Numbered from the stretch's first letter, positions 9,871 through 18,276 are shown. The stretch: 64,000 nucleotides of DNA from an uncultured Bacteroidaceae bacterium (GCA_905236985.1 CAJORF010000140.1:5973-69972); one strand, 5' to 3'. Notes: generated from the letters alone by a model not told the origin. Numbers and translations: made by a program.

Positions 9871-9891
9871 GCGTCCTCAATTTGAGGACGC
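9871..9891 (+). terminator. GC-rich hairpin 20 nt after the precursor stop codon (attenuator or mRNA-stabilising stem; no downstream U-tract)
   Basis: gcgtcctca-att-tgaggacgc forms a perfect 9-10 bp stem. It is preceded by ttgttgtttt and followed by A-rich sequence, so it is not a canonical intrinsic terminator. Confidence 0.45.
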
Positions 9892-9931
9892 AAACATCAA
9901 ACTTATATCAAAATACTTCATCCATATAAAA

Positions 9932-12661
9932 ATGCTTAAATGCCCGTCATTATATTATCGTTGCTCATTACTACTTCTTTTCTTTGCAATCGCATCTTCG
10001 TTACATGCAGATATCATTAGAGGTAGAATCAAAGATGCCCAAAGCACAGAAGGCGTACCATACGCAACAATTAGCTGTCTGCTCATAATAGGAAATAACG
10101 GTATGGCGGTAGTGCAAGAACATAGAGCTGACAGTTTAGGTAGCTTTACATTTCATGCTGCAAATAGTGGACAATTCGTGGTATCAATGGTTGGATACAA
10201 GAATTCAGATATCATCAGTTTCAGCGTTTTTTCTGAAAGCCGACGGGATACCATAGATGTGGGCGATATCAAACTGCAGCCCACCGAGACAATGATGCGG
10301 GCATTAGAGGTGAGCGCACGGGCACGGCGTTTCACCATGAACGGTGATACCATAGTGTTTCATCCCGAGGCGTTCCACCTGGAGGAGGGCGCACGTTTAG
10401 AGGATCTCATCAGGCAGTTGCCGGGCGTCAGCGTTGACGAAAGCGGGCTCTCTTGGAACGGACGGCCGTTACGTGTAGTCATGAACGGGGAGGAGATATT
10501 TGGAGGCAGTGCCATCGTGAAGCAGCTGCCTGTCCAAGCCGTGGAGACCATCAAGGCGTACAACAAGGCATCGGAGCTTAGCAGACATACTGGCAAAGAT
10601 GACGGCAGTGAGGACATGGTGCTGGATCTGAACATCAAACCAGGATTTCTCGACCGTTTCTATGGAGATGCAACGGCTAAATATCAGACACCTAAGCAAT
10701 ATGAGGGTGAGCTCACGGCCAACCGCCTCTCGGACACAGACCCACTGATGCTCTATAGCGAGGCCAACACAATGAACCGCATCGCCTCGGAGGGCTTTAA
10801 CTCTTGGCGGTCAGGAGAGCGGAATGAGGGCTACGGGCTGGGACAGTTCGCCGCCATAGGTTATCAGCACAACTGGGGCAGTAGGCAGGGACGACATAAC
10901 CTGCATAGTTTTGCCGACGCCACGGGCAGCATCTCACACGAGGACCATTGGGGTACTGCCTACAGTGAGACGTTAAGCTATTTTCCGAACTCTTCCAGCA
11001 ACCGCCTCTCACAACAGAATCATCAGCATACTCATCAACTCATGCCTAAGATACATGGAGGAGCACGATGGGAAATAGATACGCTGAACACTATCTATGT
11101 AGATTTTTCCACGGAGTTTGGTCGTCAGAGAAGCAACGTTAACGAACGTACATGCCAGTATGTTCTCATAGAATCACCAGACAGCATTTCAACTGAACAA
11201 CTGACTATGAATGGGGGTGCACTTTCACACTCGACTTTGGACATTGTTAATCTTCATGCCGCTGCAGGATGGACACATTATATCAAAGAAGGTTCACTGA
11301 ACATTGATACAGAATGGAATATAAGGGATAAGAAAGCCAACGGGCATGCGACCCGCGAAATTACCTATCCGACGTATATCACAGATGATTTTACGCTCAT
11401 GCAGGACAGCCGACTTGAGACGAATAGTCACAAGGGCAGCATCAAGGCCGAAGCCAAGCGATGGCTGACACCAAAGGCTCTGTTCACGGCAGACTATACC
11501 CTCTGGCTGAGCCGCCGCCATGACAACCAAGTTTTCATGACCGACGGACTGACGGATGCAGGTGAGAGCTACGATGACCTCCACCAGAGCATCACTCACA
11601 CTCTCGGGCTGAGTTCTACGCTCAATTTGCGCCCCTTCCAGCTGACACCCCGACTGAACTATATACTGAACAGAGAGAAAGAGAAATACACGCGGGGAAG
11701 TCTCGACACATTGGCACTTAGAAACTCACACCGCATAGAACCTTCATTGAGCATGAAATGGAAAATTGATGCCAACTCGGAGGTCAATTTAAATTACGGT
11801 TTTGTTACACAAGAGCCAGAACTGAAGCAAATGATGGCCTACCGTGATGCAACGAATCCGCTCTTCATCATGCAGGGCAGCCCCGATCTACGAAATATAC
11901 ACATCAACCATGGCGGTCTGCGCTACCAAATTATCATCCCGTCGCGTCAACTTCAACTCTATGTTTTTGCCGGTTTTCATCACTCTGACAACAGCCACCA
12001 GCCGCTGCTACGCTATGACTCCAATCGTTCTGCTTATATCAGCCGTCTGGAGAACGTCAAAGGATATCAGGAATTCAACCTGATGGCCAACTACGACCAA
12101 GGCTTCGGCGATGTCGTGCGTCTCCGCAATACACTCACTTTCATCCGAGGAAAGAGCTATGCCCACCTGTTGCAGACCTCGCCAGACGAGCCACTTCAGC
12201 TCAACCGACAGCTTTGTATGACCCTGAGAGATGAGGCGCGCTTGTCGTTGGACTGGAAATGGCTGAAGATAGGGACTTTTGCCAACATCAGTGCGCAGCG
12301 CATGAATAATTCGATAGCGCAGGTACAAAACACTACACTATGGAATAACAAGTTGGGCTTCGACGCAGAACTCCGCAAGGGCAAGTTCACGGTCAAGACA
12401 GAATTCTTCGACCTTATGCGCAGAGGTTACAAACTTTTAGGCATGAACTCCGATCGCTTTATCTGGAATGCCTCTGCCTCATGGCGCTGTCTCAAGGGAA
12501 AAGGCAAGTTGTCGCTCGAAGTGGATGATATCCTCAACCATGCCGACAACTTCACTTCCACTGAATCTGCTAACCAACAGGTCATGACTTGGTGCGACCA
12601 GATGCACCACTATATACGCCTCGGCTTCACTTATCATTTGGATGCAAAGGTAAAGAAATAG
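9932..12661 (+). CDS. Outer membrane beta-barrel family protein (CarboxypepD_reg-like N-domain plus plug-like region plus large barrel; PF14905-like)
   Basis: The ATG at 9932 gives the signal peptide MLKCPSLYYRCSLLLLFFAIASSLHA. IRGRIKDAQSTEGVPYATISC is a carboxypeptidase-regulatory-like start. LPGVSVDESGLSWNGRPLRVVMNGEEIF is a TonB-receptor plug-like motif. The C-terminus ends in an aromatic-rich beta-strand pattern (YIRLGFTYHL). Confidence 0.8.
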   Translation: MLKCPSLYYRCSLLLLFFAIASSLHADIIRGRIKDAQSTEGVPYATISCLLIIGNNGMAVVQEHRADSLGSFTFHAANSGQFVVSMVGYKNSDIISFSVFSESRRDTIDVGDIKLQPTETMMRALEVSARARRFTMNGDTIVFHPEAFHLEEGARLEDLIRQLPGVSVDESGLSWNGRPLRVVMNGEEIFGGSAIVKQLPVQAVETIKAYNKASELSRHTGKDDGSEDMVLDLNIKPGFLDRFYGDATAKYQTPKQYEGELTANRLSDTDPLMLYSEANTMNRIASEGFNSWRSGERNEGYGLGQFAAIGYQHNWGSRQGRHNLHSFADATGSISHEDHWGTAYSETLSYFPNSSSNRLSQQNHQHTHQLMPKIHGGARWEIDTLNTIYVDFSTEFGRQRSNVNERTCQYVLIESPDSISTEQLTMNGGALSHSTLDIVNLHAAAGWTHYIKEGSLNIDTEWNIRDKKANGHATREITYPTYITDDFTLMQDSRLETNSHKGSIKAEAKRWLTPKALFTADYTLWLSRRHDNQVFMTDGLTDAGESYDDLHQSITHTLGLSSTLNLRPFQLTPRLNYILNREKEKYTRGSLDTLALRNSHRIEPSLSMKWKIDANSEVNLNYGFVTQEPELKQMMAYRDATNPLFIMQGSPDLRNIHINHGGLRYQIIIPSRQLQLYVFAGFHHSDNSHQPLLRYDSNRSAYISRLENVKGYQEFNLMANYDQGFGDVVRLRNTLTFIRGKSYAHLLQTSPDEPLQLNRQLCMTLRDEARLSLDWKWLKIGTFANISAQRMNNSIAQVQNTTLWNNKLGFDAELRKGKFTVKTEFFDLMRRGYKLLGMNSDRFIWNASASWRCLKGKGKLSLEVDDILNHADNFTSTESANQQVMTWCDQMHHYIRLGFTYHLDAKVKK

Positions 12662-12666
12662 GACTG

Positions 12667-12716
12667 CTTGTGAAATCTGGTGAAATCGCCAGCGAAGTTG
12701 TGAAAAGCTGTGAAAT
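12667..12716 (+). promoter_or_regulatory. Five 10-bp phased direct repeats (consensus cYtGTGAAAT) upstream of a near-consensus -7 box (TACCTTTA, 12743-12750)
   Basis: The units are cttgtgaaat / ctggtgaaat / cgccagcgaa / gttgtgaaaa / gctgtgaaat. GTGAAA starts at 12670, 12680, 12700 and 12710, exactly one helical turn apart. They lie in the 115-bp spacer between the two barrel genes. Confidence 0.55.
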
Positions 12717-12776
12717 GATTGGATTATTTCAGTTTAAGTACATACCTTTACAGCGTAAATCTTTATAATATAACCT

Positions 12777-15437
12777 ATGACTTTAATATTACAGCATTTT
12801 GGAGTAAGCCTTAATCGCCTCCTTTCTTTCCGGGAGCAGTTAATCCTAATGTGCCTCCTCCTTCCCCTCTCGGCGAAGGGGCAGACGGATACGCTCTCGA
12901 CCAAAGAACCGGAAACGACCATGAGGGAAGTGGCGGTGAAGGCATCGAAGATACTCATGGTGCAGAACGGCGACACGCTCGTCTACAATGCCGACCAGCT
13001 GCAGCTGGCTGCCGGTGCCATGCTGGACGAGCTGATCAATGCCTTGCCTGAGGCACGAATCAGCCCTGAGGGCGTGATTTCGGTCAAAGGAGAGCCTGTC
13101 GCCGAGCTGCTTATCGAGGGCCGTGACTTCTTCCACGGCGACCCGACGATTGCGCTGAAGAACCTGCCGGCCTTCACGGTGAAGAAGGTGAAGGTCTATC
13201 GCAAGGTTCCGCGCAATGCCTATCTGACGCGAGAGGACAAGGGAAAGAAGGCTCGCGAGACGGATCCGCTGGTCATGGATGTGCGCCTGAAACCACAGTA
13301 CCAGAACGGCATCATTGCCAATGTAGAGTCGGCCAGCGGTGTGCCCACTCAGGGCGAGAGCAAGTATCTCTATCTGGAACGACTGTTCGGACTGCACTAC
13401 AACGAGCGGCGAAGCCTCTCGGGGTACGTGGGACTGAACAATGTCAACGACAAAGGCAGGCCGCAGTCTAAGGGACTGTGGAGCGACCAGACGGATGAGA
13501 TGGGCGAGCAGCGACAAGCCATAGCCGGCGTGGACTACACCTACCAAAATCCCAGCAACAGGATGAGCATCAACTCGTCAATCCGTTTCAACGATTCCAA
13601 GGATATCCAGCTGCGGGAAACCTCCGACATGAGATACCTTGCCGAAGGCGACCTGCACGGCCTCTCCACGGCACGTAACGACAACCGACGCATCGACCTG
13701 TCCTGGAGCAGTGATTTCTTCTATCCCGCCAAGGCCTTCACGGTAGAGGTGCGACCACGCGTGGGAATCTCCAAGTCAAACGGCCTGTCCACCGACCGCT
13801 CCGCCACATTCTCAGCGCAGCAGGACGGCACGCTCAGCACGACGCTGGACAGCATCTGCACTCTGGAGGCCGAAGCTTTCCGCGCCACTCCGTTTGCCGT
13901 CAACCGCCAGACGATGAAGGCTGACAGCAGGACCAAGGGCATTGACTTCGGCCTCACCGCCCGCTCGACCGTCAGGCCTGCTTCGTTCAGACAACCATTA
14001 AATGTCACACTCTCGGCCAACTATTGGTCCAACGCAAGTACCGAGGACAGGCAGAACATCATCGACTTTGCAGACGCTTCGACACTATCGCAGCACAAGC
14101 AGCAGTATCGCAACAGCCCGAATAGCCAGGCCATGATGAACCTGGATTTATACTATACCGCATGGTCATTCATTCAGGGAGAGAAGACGGGAAGAGTTGA
14201 CCTGACGTTCAGGTCGGACTTCCGCCGCGAGAACCGCGAGAACCGCCTCTACGACCTGGACGAGCTGATGGAGGAGTACGAAGGGGGCACATGGGGAGAG
14301 CTGCCCGACGAGGAGCTCCTTCAGACGGTCATGGACACGGGAAACAGCTATGAGAGACTGACGGCAGAATACAATCAGACACTGACCGTCAACGGACTGT
14401 ACGCCTTCTCAAGGAACCTCAGCGGCTCCGTGTCGCTACCGCTCGCACTGAAGAACAGGCGCTTGCGTGACGAACGGGCGGCATCGGAGGTAAATCTCAG
14501 AAGCTGCAACGTGCTGCCCTCGCCATCCGTCAGACTTCAGTTATGGCGCATCACGCTCGGCTATTCCTACAAGACATTGCTACCCGGACTGGAAGACAGG
14601 GCGGACCGCACCGACGACAGCAACCCCCTCTTCGTCAGCATAGGCAACAAGGAACTCCGCAACGGTCACGCCCACAGGCCTACGATCAGCTATTCACAGC
14701 GATTCAGCAAGGCACACGCCTCGGCGTCGTTGCGGGCAGATTGGCTGTTCATGCAGGACGCCATCAAGCGTATGTTCTACTATGATGCCAAGACAGGCGT
14801 GACCACCGCCCAGAGCCGCAACGTCAACGGCGACTGGCAGGCCAACGTCAGCGGCAGTTTCCAGAAAGACTTTGGTAAACAGCAACAATGGCAGTTCAAG
14901 GCGGATGCCGACATGAGATTTGAGAACGACAATGAGTACGACCGCAGTGCGTCGGATGGAGAGGTGAGCATATATGCCGCCAAGAGGATGTGGCTCAACG
15001 CCAAGGCGGAGCTGACCTACAACCATGCCGGATGGCTCTTCAGTCTGCACGGCAAATACATATGGCGGCATACGAGGAGCGTGCAGAACCGCTTCAGCAA
15101 CGTCGACTACAGGAACCTGCGCTGCGGCGCTGCCGTACGAACACCTGTATGGCACGGGCTGTCGCTCACCACGGACTGCTACGTGAACACTGATCGTGGC
15201 TTGGTCAACGAACAGCTGAACCGCAGCTACGTCGTCTGGAACGCCAACGCCAGATACGACCTAAACGCCCATTGGAGCTTCCAACTCGAGGGCATAGACC
15301 TGCTGCGGCAGCTCAGGTCCACCAGCATGGGCGCCAGCGCTTACGGATGGTCGGAAGTACGCCGCAACACGCGCCCCTCTTACATCCTCCTGCACGCCGT
15401 CTACCGCTTCAATCTCTTACCTAAGGAGAAGAAATGA
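12777..15437 (+). CDS. Outer membrane beta-barrel family protein, paralogous type (plug-like N-region plus barrel; PF14905-like)
   Basis: The N-terminal region is typical of this family: VAVKASKILMVQNGDTLVYNADQLQLAAGAMLDELINALPEARISPEGVISVKGEPVAELLIEGRDFF. The C-terminus is a beta-strand ending (ILLHAVYRFNL). It is visibly more GC-rich than the first barrel gene. Its stop overlaps the next gene's start (ATGA at 15434-15437). Confidence 0.8.
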   Translation: MTLILQHFGVSLNRLLSFREQLILMCLLLPLSAKGQTDTLSTKEPETTMREVAVKASKILMVQNGDTLVYNADQLQLAAGAMLDELINALPEARISPEGVISVKGEPVAELLIEGRDFFHGDPTIALKNLPAFTVKKVKVYRKVPRNAYLTREDKGKKARETDPLVMDVRLKPQYQNGIIANVESASGVPTQGESKYLYLERLFGLHYNERRSLSGYVGLNNVNDKGRPQSKGLWSDQTDEMGEQRQAIAGVDYTYQNPSNRMSINSSIRFNDSKDIQLRETSDMRYLAEGDLHGLSTARNDNRRIDLSWSSDFFYPAKAFTVEVRPRVGISKSNGLSTDRSATFSAQQDGTLSTTLDSICTLEAEAFRATPFAVNRQTMKADSRTKGIDFGLTARSTVRPASFRQPLNVTLSANYWSNASTEDRQNIIDFADASTLSQHKQQYRNSPNSQAMMNLDLYYTAWSFIQGEKTGRVDLTFRSDFRRENRENRLYDLDELMEEYEGGTWGELPDEELLQTVMDTGNSYERLTAEYNQTLTVNGLYAFSRNLSGSVSLPLALKNRRLRDERAASEVNLRSCNVLPSPSVRLQLWRITLGYSYKTLLPGLEDRADRTDDSNPLFVSIGNKELRNGHAHRPTISYSQRFSKAHASASLRADWLFMQDAIKRMFYYDAKTGVTTAQSRNVNGDWQANVSGSFQKDFGKQQQWQFKADADMRFENDNEYDRSASDGEVSIYAAKRMWLNAKAELTYNHAGWLFSLHGKYIWRHTRSVQNRFSNVDYRNLRCGAAVRTPVWHGLSLTTDCYVNTDRGLVNEQLNRSYVVWNANARYDLNAHWSFQLEGIDLLRQLRSTSMGASAYGWSEVRRNTRPSYILLHAVYRFNLLPKEKK

Positions 15438-17653
15438 CAAAACATTTTCCACATACCCATCAGCTCAACACCATGGACTGTGGACCAGCCTGTCTGCGCA
15501 TGGTTGCACAGTCGTATGGTAAGCACTATCGACTTGAAACATTGCGTGAGCGGAGTTTCATCACCCGTGAAGGGGTTAGTATGTTGGGCATTGCTGATGC
15601 AGCTGAGACAATAGGATTCCGATCGTTGGGCGTTAGGACCACAATGAAGGAACTGGTACAACAACGCCCGCTACCCTGCATCCTCCACTGGAATCAGAAC
15701 CATTTCGTGGTTCTATATGACATCAGAAAGCACTGGCGAACTGGGGCTTTGTCGTTCTACATCGCTGACCCTGCATCACAGCTGGTGCGCTACGGCGAAG
15801 AGGAGTTTACGCGCTGCTGGGCAAATACAGTGTCGGCACAGCAGGAACCCATGGGCGTAGCATTGCTGCTGACACCAACACCAGAATTTAATGTGATCGC
15901 TGATGAGCCGAAGGTATCAACGCGACGCGACCTGCTCTTCTTTGCCCGCTACCTGCTGCCTCACCGCAAGGCTTTCGTCCAGTTGATTATGGGGATGCTT
16001 GTGGGTATGGCACTACAGCTGGCAGCGCCGTTCCTGACGCAGGCGATGGTGGATCAGGGCATAGGCGGACAAAACCTTGGCTTTATTACCTTAATCCTGC
16101 TTGCACAGTTAGGTTTGTTCGTGGCACAGCTTATCGTTGGTTTCCTCCGTAGCTGGGTGACATTGCATGTCAATGCCCGAATAGATGTGGCGCTCATCTC
16201 AGACTTCCTGATGAAACTGATGCGGCTGCCACTACGCTACTTCGACACAAAGATGACGGGTGATATCATGCAGCGCATCGGAGATCACAGCCGCATCAAG
16301 AGTTTCCTGATGGGAAATTCCGTCAACATCCTTTTCTCGTTAGCCAATTTCTTCATTTTCGGTGCCATATTGGCCTACTATAACTGGCAAATCCTCTCCA
16401 TCTTTCTCATAGGAAACTCACTCTACGCGACGTGGGTACTCTCGTTCATGAAGTACCGACGTGAACTGGACATTCGGCGTTTCAACCAAAGTTCGGCAGA
16501 GCAGAGTACGGTTATTCAGCTCATTCAGGGTATGCAAGAAATCAAACTGAACAATTGCGAACGGCAGAAACGGTGGGAGTGGGAACGAATACAGGTGAAG
16601 CTTTTCCGTATCAGCGTAAAAGGGCTCACGATAGGGCAGATACAAGAGGTAGGGTCAGTCTTCTTCACACAGACGACGCATATCCTCATCTCGTTTATCG
16701 CCGCCAAAGCCGTTGTGGATGGTCAGATGACACTGGGCATGATGATGTCGCTGACGTATATCATCGGTCAAGTGTCGGCACCGATAGGACAGTTCATCGG
16801 CTTCGCCCAAAGTCTGCAGGATGCCAAGATTAGCATGGAACGTCTGAGTGAGGTGCATGAACAGCAGGATGAGGAGATGAACGCCGAAGGACGACTCCAC
16901 GAATTGCCCAATCAAGGTGACATCTCCGTGGAGGATGTCACCTTCAGTTATAGTGGTGCCGATCGTGACTACGCTCTTGACCATCTGTCGCTAACCATTC
17001 CCGAAGGAAAAGTGACAGCCATAGTGGGAGCCAGCGGAAGCGGAAAGACGACACTCGTGAAACTTCTTTTGGGGTTTTATGAGCCGCAGCGAGGACATAT
17101 ACGGGTTGGGGGCACTCCTCTAAGCTTGATTGACCCCCAAGTGTGGCGCGCCGCCACAGGAAGTGTGATGCAGGAAGGGTTCATCTTCTCTGACACCATC
17201 GCGCGGAACATCGCCGTAGCAGATGAGCATATCGATACGAAGCGGCTGCAAAAGGCGGTGAAGATAGCAAATATCAGCGACTTCATCGAAGGCTTGCCCT
17301 TAGGCTACAGCACGAAAATCGGCATGGAGGGCAACGGCGTAAGCCAGGGGCAGCGCCAACGGTTGCTCATAGCCCGTGCCGTGTATAAAGACCCGCAGTA
17401 TATCTTCTTTGACGAGGCCACCAACGCCTTAGACGCCAATAACGAACGTATCATCATGGAACAGTTACACGATTTTTACAAAGGGCGTACAGTGGTCATC
17501 GTGGCCCATCGACTCAGTACCGTCCGTGATGCCGATAACATCATTGTGCTCGAACATGGGAAGGTGATAGAACAGGGGACACATGAGCAATTGACGGCAA
17601 AGCACGGGGCATATTATACTTTAGTAAGGAATCAGCTGGAATTAGGGAGTTAA
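15434..17653 (+). CDS. Second peptidase C39 domain-containing ABC transporter
   Basis: The C39 motif is HQLNTMDCGPACLRMV with NHFVVLYDI...FYIADP. Motifs include Walker A GASGSGKTT, a variant signature VSQGQRQR, and Walker B YIFFDEATNALD. Confidence 0.95.
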   Translation: MTKHFPHTHQLNTMDCGPACLRMVAQSYGKHYRLETLRERSFITREGVSMLGIADAAETIGFRSLGVRTTMKELVQQRPLPCILHWNQNHFVVLYDIRKHWRTGALSFYIADPASQLVRYGEEEFTRCWANTVSAQQEPMGVALLLTPTPEFNVIADEPKVSTRRDLLFFARYLLPHRKAFVQLIMGMLVGMALQLAAPFLTQAMVDQGIGGQNLGFITLILLAQLGLFVAQLIVGFLRSWVTLHVNARIDVALISDFLMKLMRLPLRYFDTKMTGDIMQRIGDHSRIKSFLMGNSVNILFSLANFFIFGAILAYYNWQILSIFLIGNSLYATWVLSFMKYRRELDIRRFNQSSAEQSTVIQLIQGMQEIKLNNCERQKRWEWERIQVKLFRISVKGLTIGQIQEVGSVFFTQTTHILISFIAAKAVVDGQMTLGMMMSLTYIIGQVSAPIGQFIGFAQSLQDAKISMERLSEVHEQQDEEMNAEGRLHELPNQGDISVEDVTFSYSGADRDYALDHLSLTIPEGKVTAIVGASGSGKTTLVKLLLGFYEPQRGHIRVGGTPLSLIDPQVWRAATGSVMQEGFIFSDTIARNIAVADEHIDTKRLQKAVKIANISDFIEGLPLGYSTKIGMEGNGVSQGQRQRLLIARAVYKDPQYIFFDEATNALDANNERIIMEQLHDFYKGRTVVIVAHRLSTVRDADNIIVLEHGKVIEQGTHEQLTAKHGAYYTLVRNQLELGS

Positions 17654-17757
17654 TCTTGAAACCTGAAACTTTTGGAACAGCGAGAGCCATCAAGCTTGCT
17701 TGTTCGTCCGAGTCGTGACAAAAGTCAACGAAGTTAAACTTGAATCTTGAAACTAAA

Positions 17758-18276
17758 ATGAAGAATGAATTAAAAGGGCTGCGTGAGCACAGCGAAGAAG
17801 TGGAGATGCTGATGGGGCAGACACCCAACTGGATCTTTCGATGGGGCATCTCCATGATTGCCGTTATCATGACATCGATGCTCGCAGCCTCGTGGTTTAT
17901 CCATTGGCCTGAAACAATGGTGGTGCGAGGTACAATAGGTATAACAGGGCCTGACACGGTATGGTACATGCAAACAGAACTGACGGCTGTCGAAATACGA
18001 CAGCTGCGACAAGGCATGACGGCGCACGTCTCTCTTGATAACAAAGACGAAGAATGGGGCTACTATAATGCTGTCGTTGATAAACTACCTCAATATCCTG
18101 ATTCCATCAGGCGATTTCCCGTCATCATCAAGTTAATTTCAAACCATACTGAATCGGGGCATCAAGAAACAGAGTATATACATATAGAACGACGCACCGC
18201 CCCATGGTTACTTGATGCGACCGCTACCATATACCTTGCAGACAGAAGCTTATTTGATAGACTGATGAGGAGGTGA
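17758..18276 (+). CDS. Miniature HlyD-family membrane fusion protein lacking the coiled-coil hairpin
   Basis: The N-terminus (HSEEVEMLMGQTPNWIFRWGISMIAVIMTSMLAASWFIHWPETMVVRGTI) aligns by eye with the N-terminus of the 429-aa HlyD at 3694. The C-terminus (VEIRQLRQGMTAHVSLDN...ATATIYLADRSLFDRLMRR) aligns with that protein's C-terminal barrel (VEVGQLANVKLTN...GHVEIITKPKRIIQRLFDNL). About 250 residues in the middle are absent. The start could be the ATG at 17758 or the TTG at 17740. Confidence 0.7.
   Translation: MKNELKGLREHSEEVEMLMGQTPNWIFRWGISMIAVIMTSMLAASWFIHWPETMVVRGTIGITGPDTVWYMQTELTAVEIRQLRQGMTAHVSLDNKDEEWGYYNAVVDKLPQYPDSIRRFPVIIKLISNHTESGHQETEYIHIERRTAPWLLDATATIYLADRSLFDRLMRR

Noticed and set aside
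12846-13547. A 233-aa antisense ORF in the second barrel gene. Similar long antisense ORFs occur at 30541-31398, 45438-46073, 46742-47677, 48885-49883, 57378-58049 and 59267-60169.
   Set aside because: All lie opposite genes with clear family motifs (barrel protein, leuB, rluB, asnS, GH3, oxidoreductase, DUF1080 protein). They are typical stop-poor antisense frames of GC-richer coding DNA.
17656-17721. A 21-codon TTG-initiated ORF (LKPETFGTARAIKLACSSES) in the ABC2/mini-HlyD spacer as a possible second substrate peptide. The spacer is also flanked by a 10-bp direct repeat, atcttgaaac, at 17653 and 17744.
   Set aside because: It has no ATG and no double-glycine leader, and it is too short to evaluate. 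The direct repeat may be chance or regulatory, but I cannot support a call.
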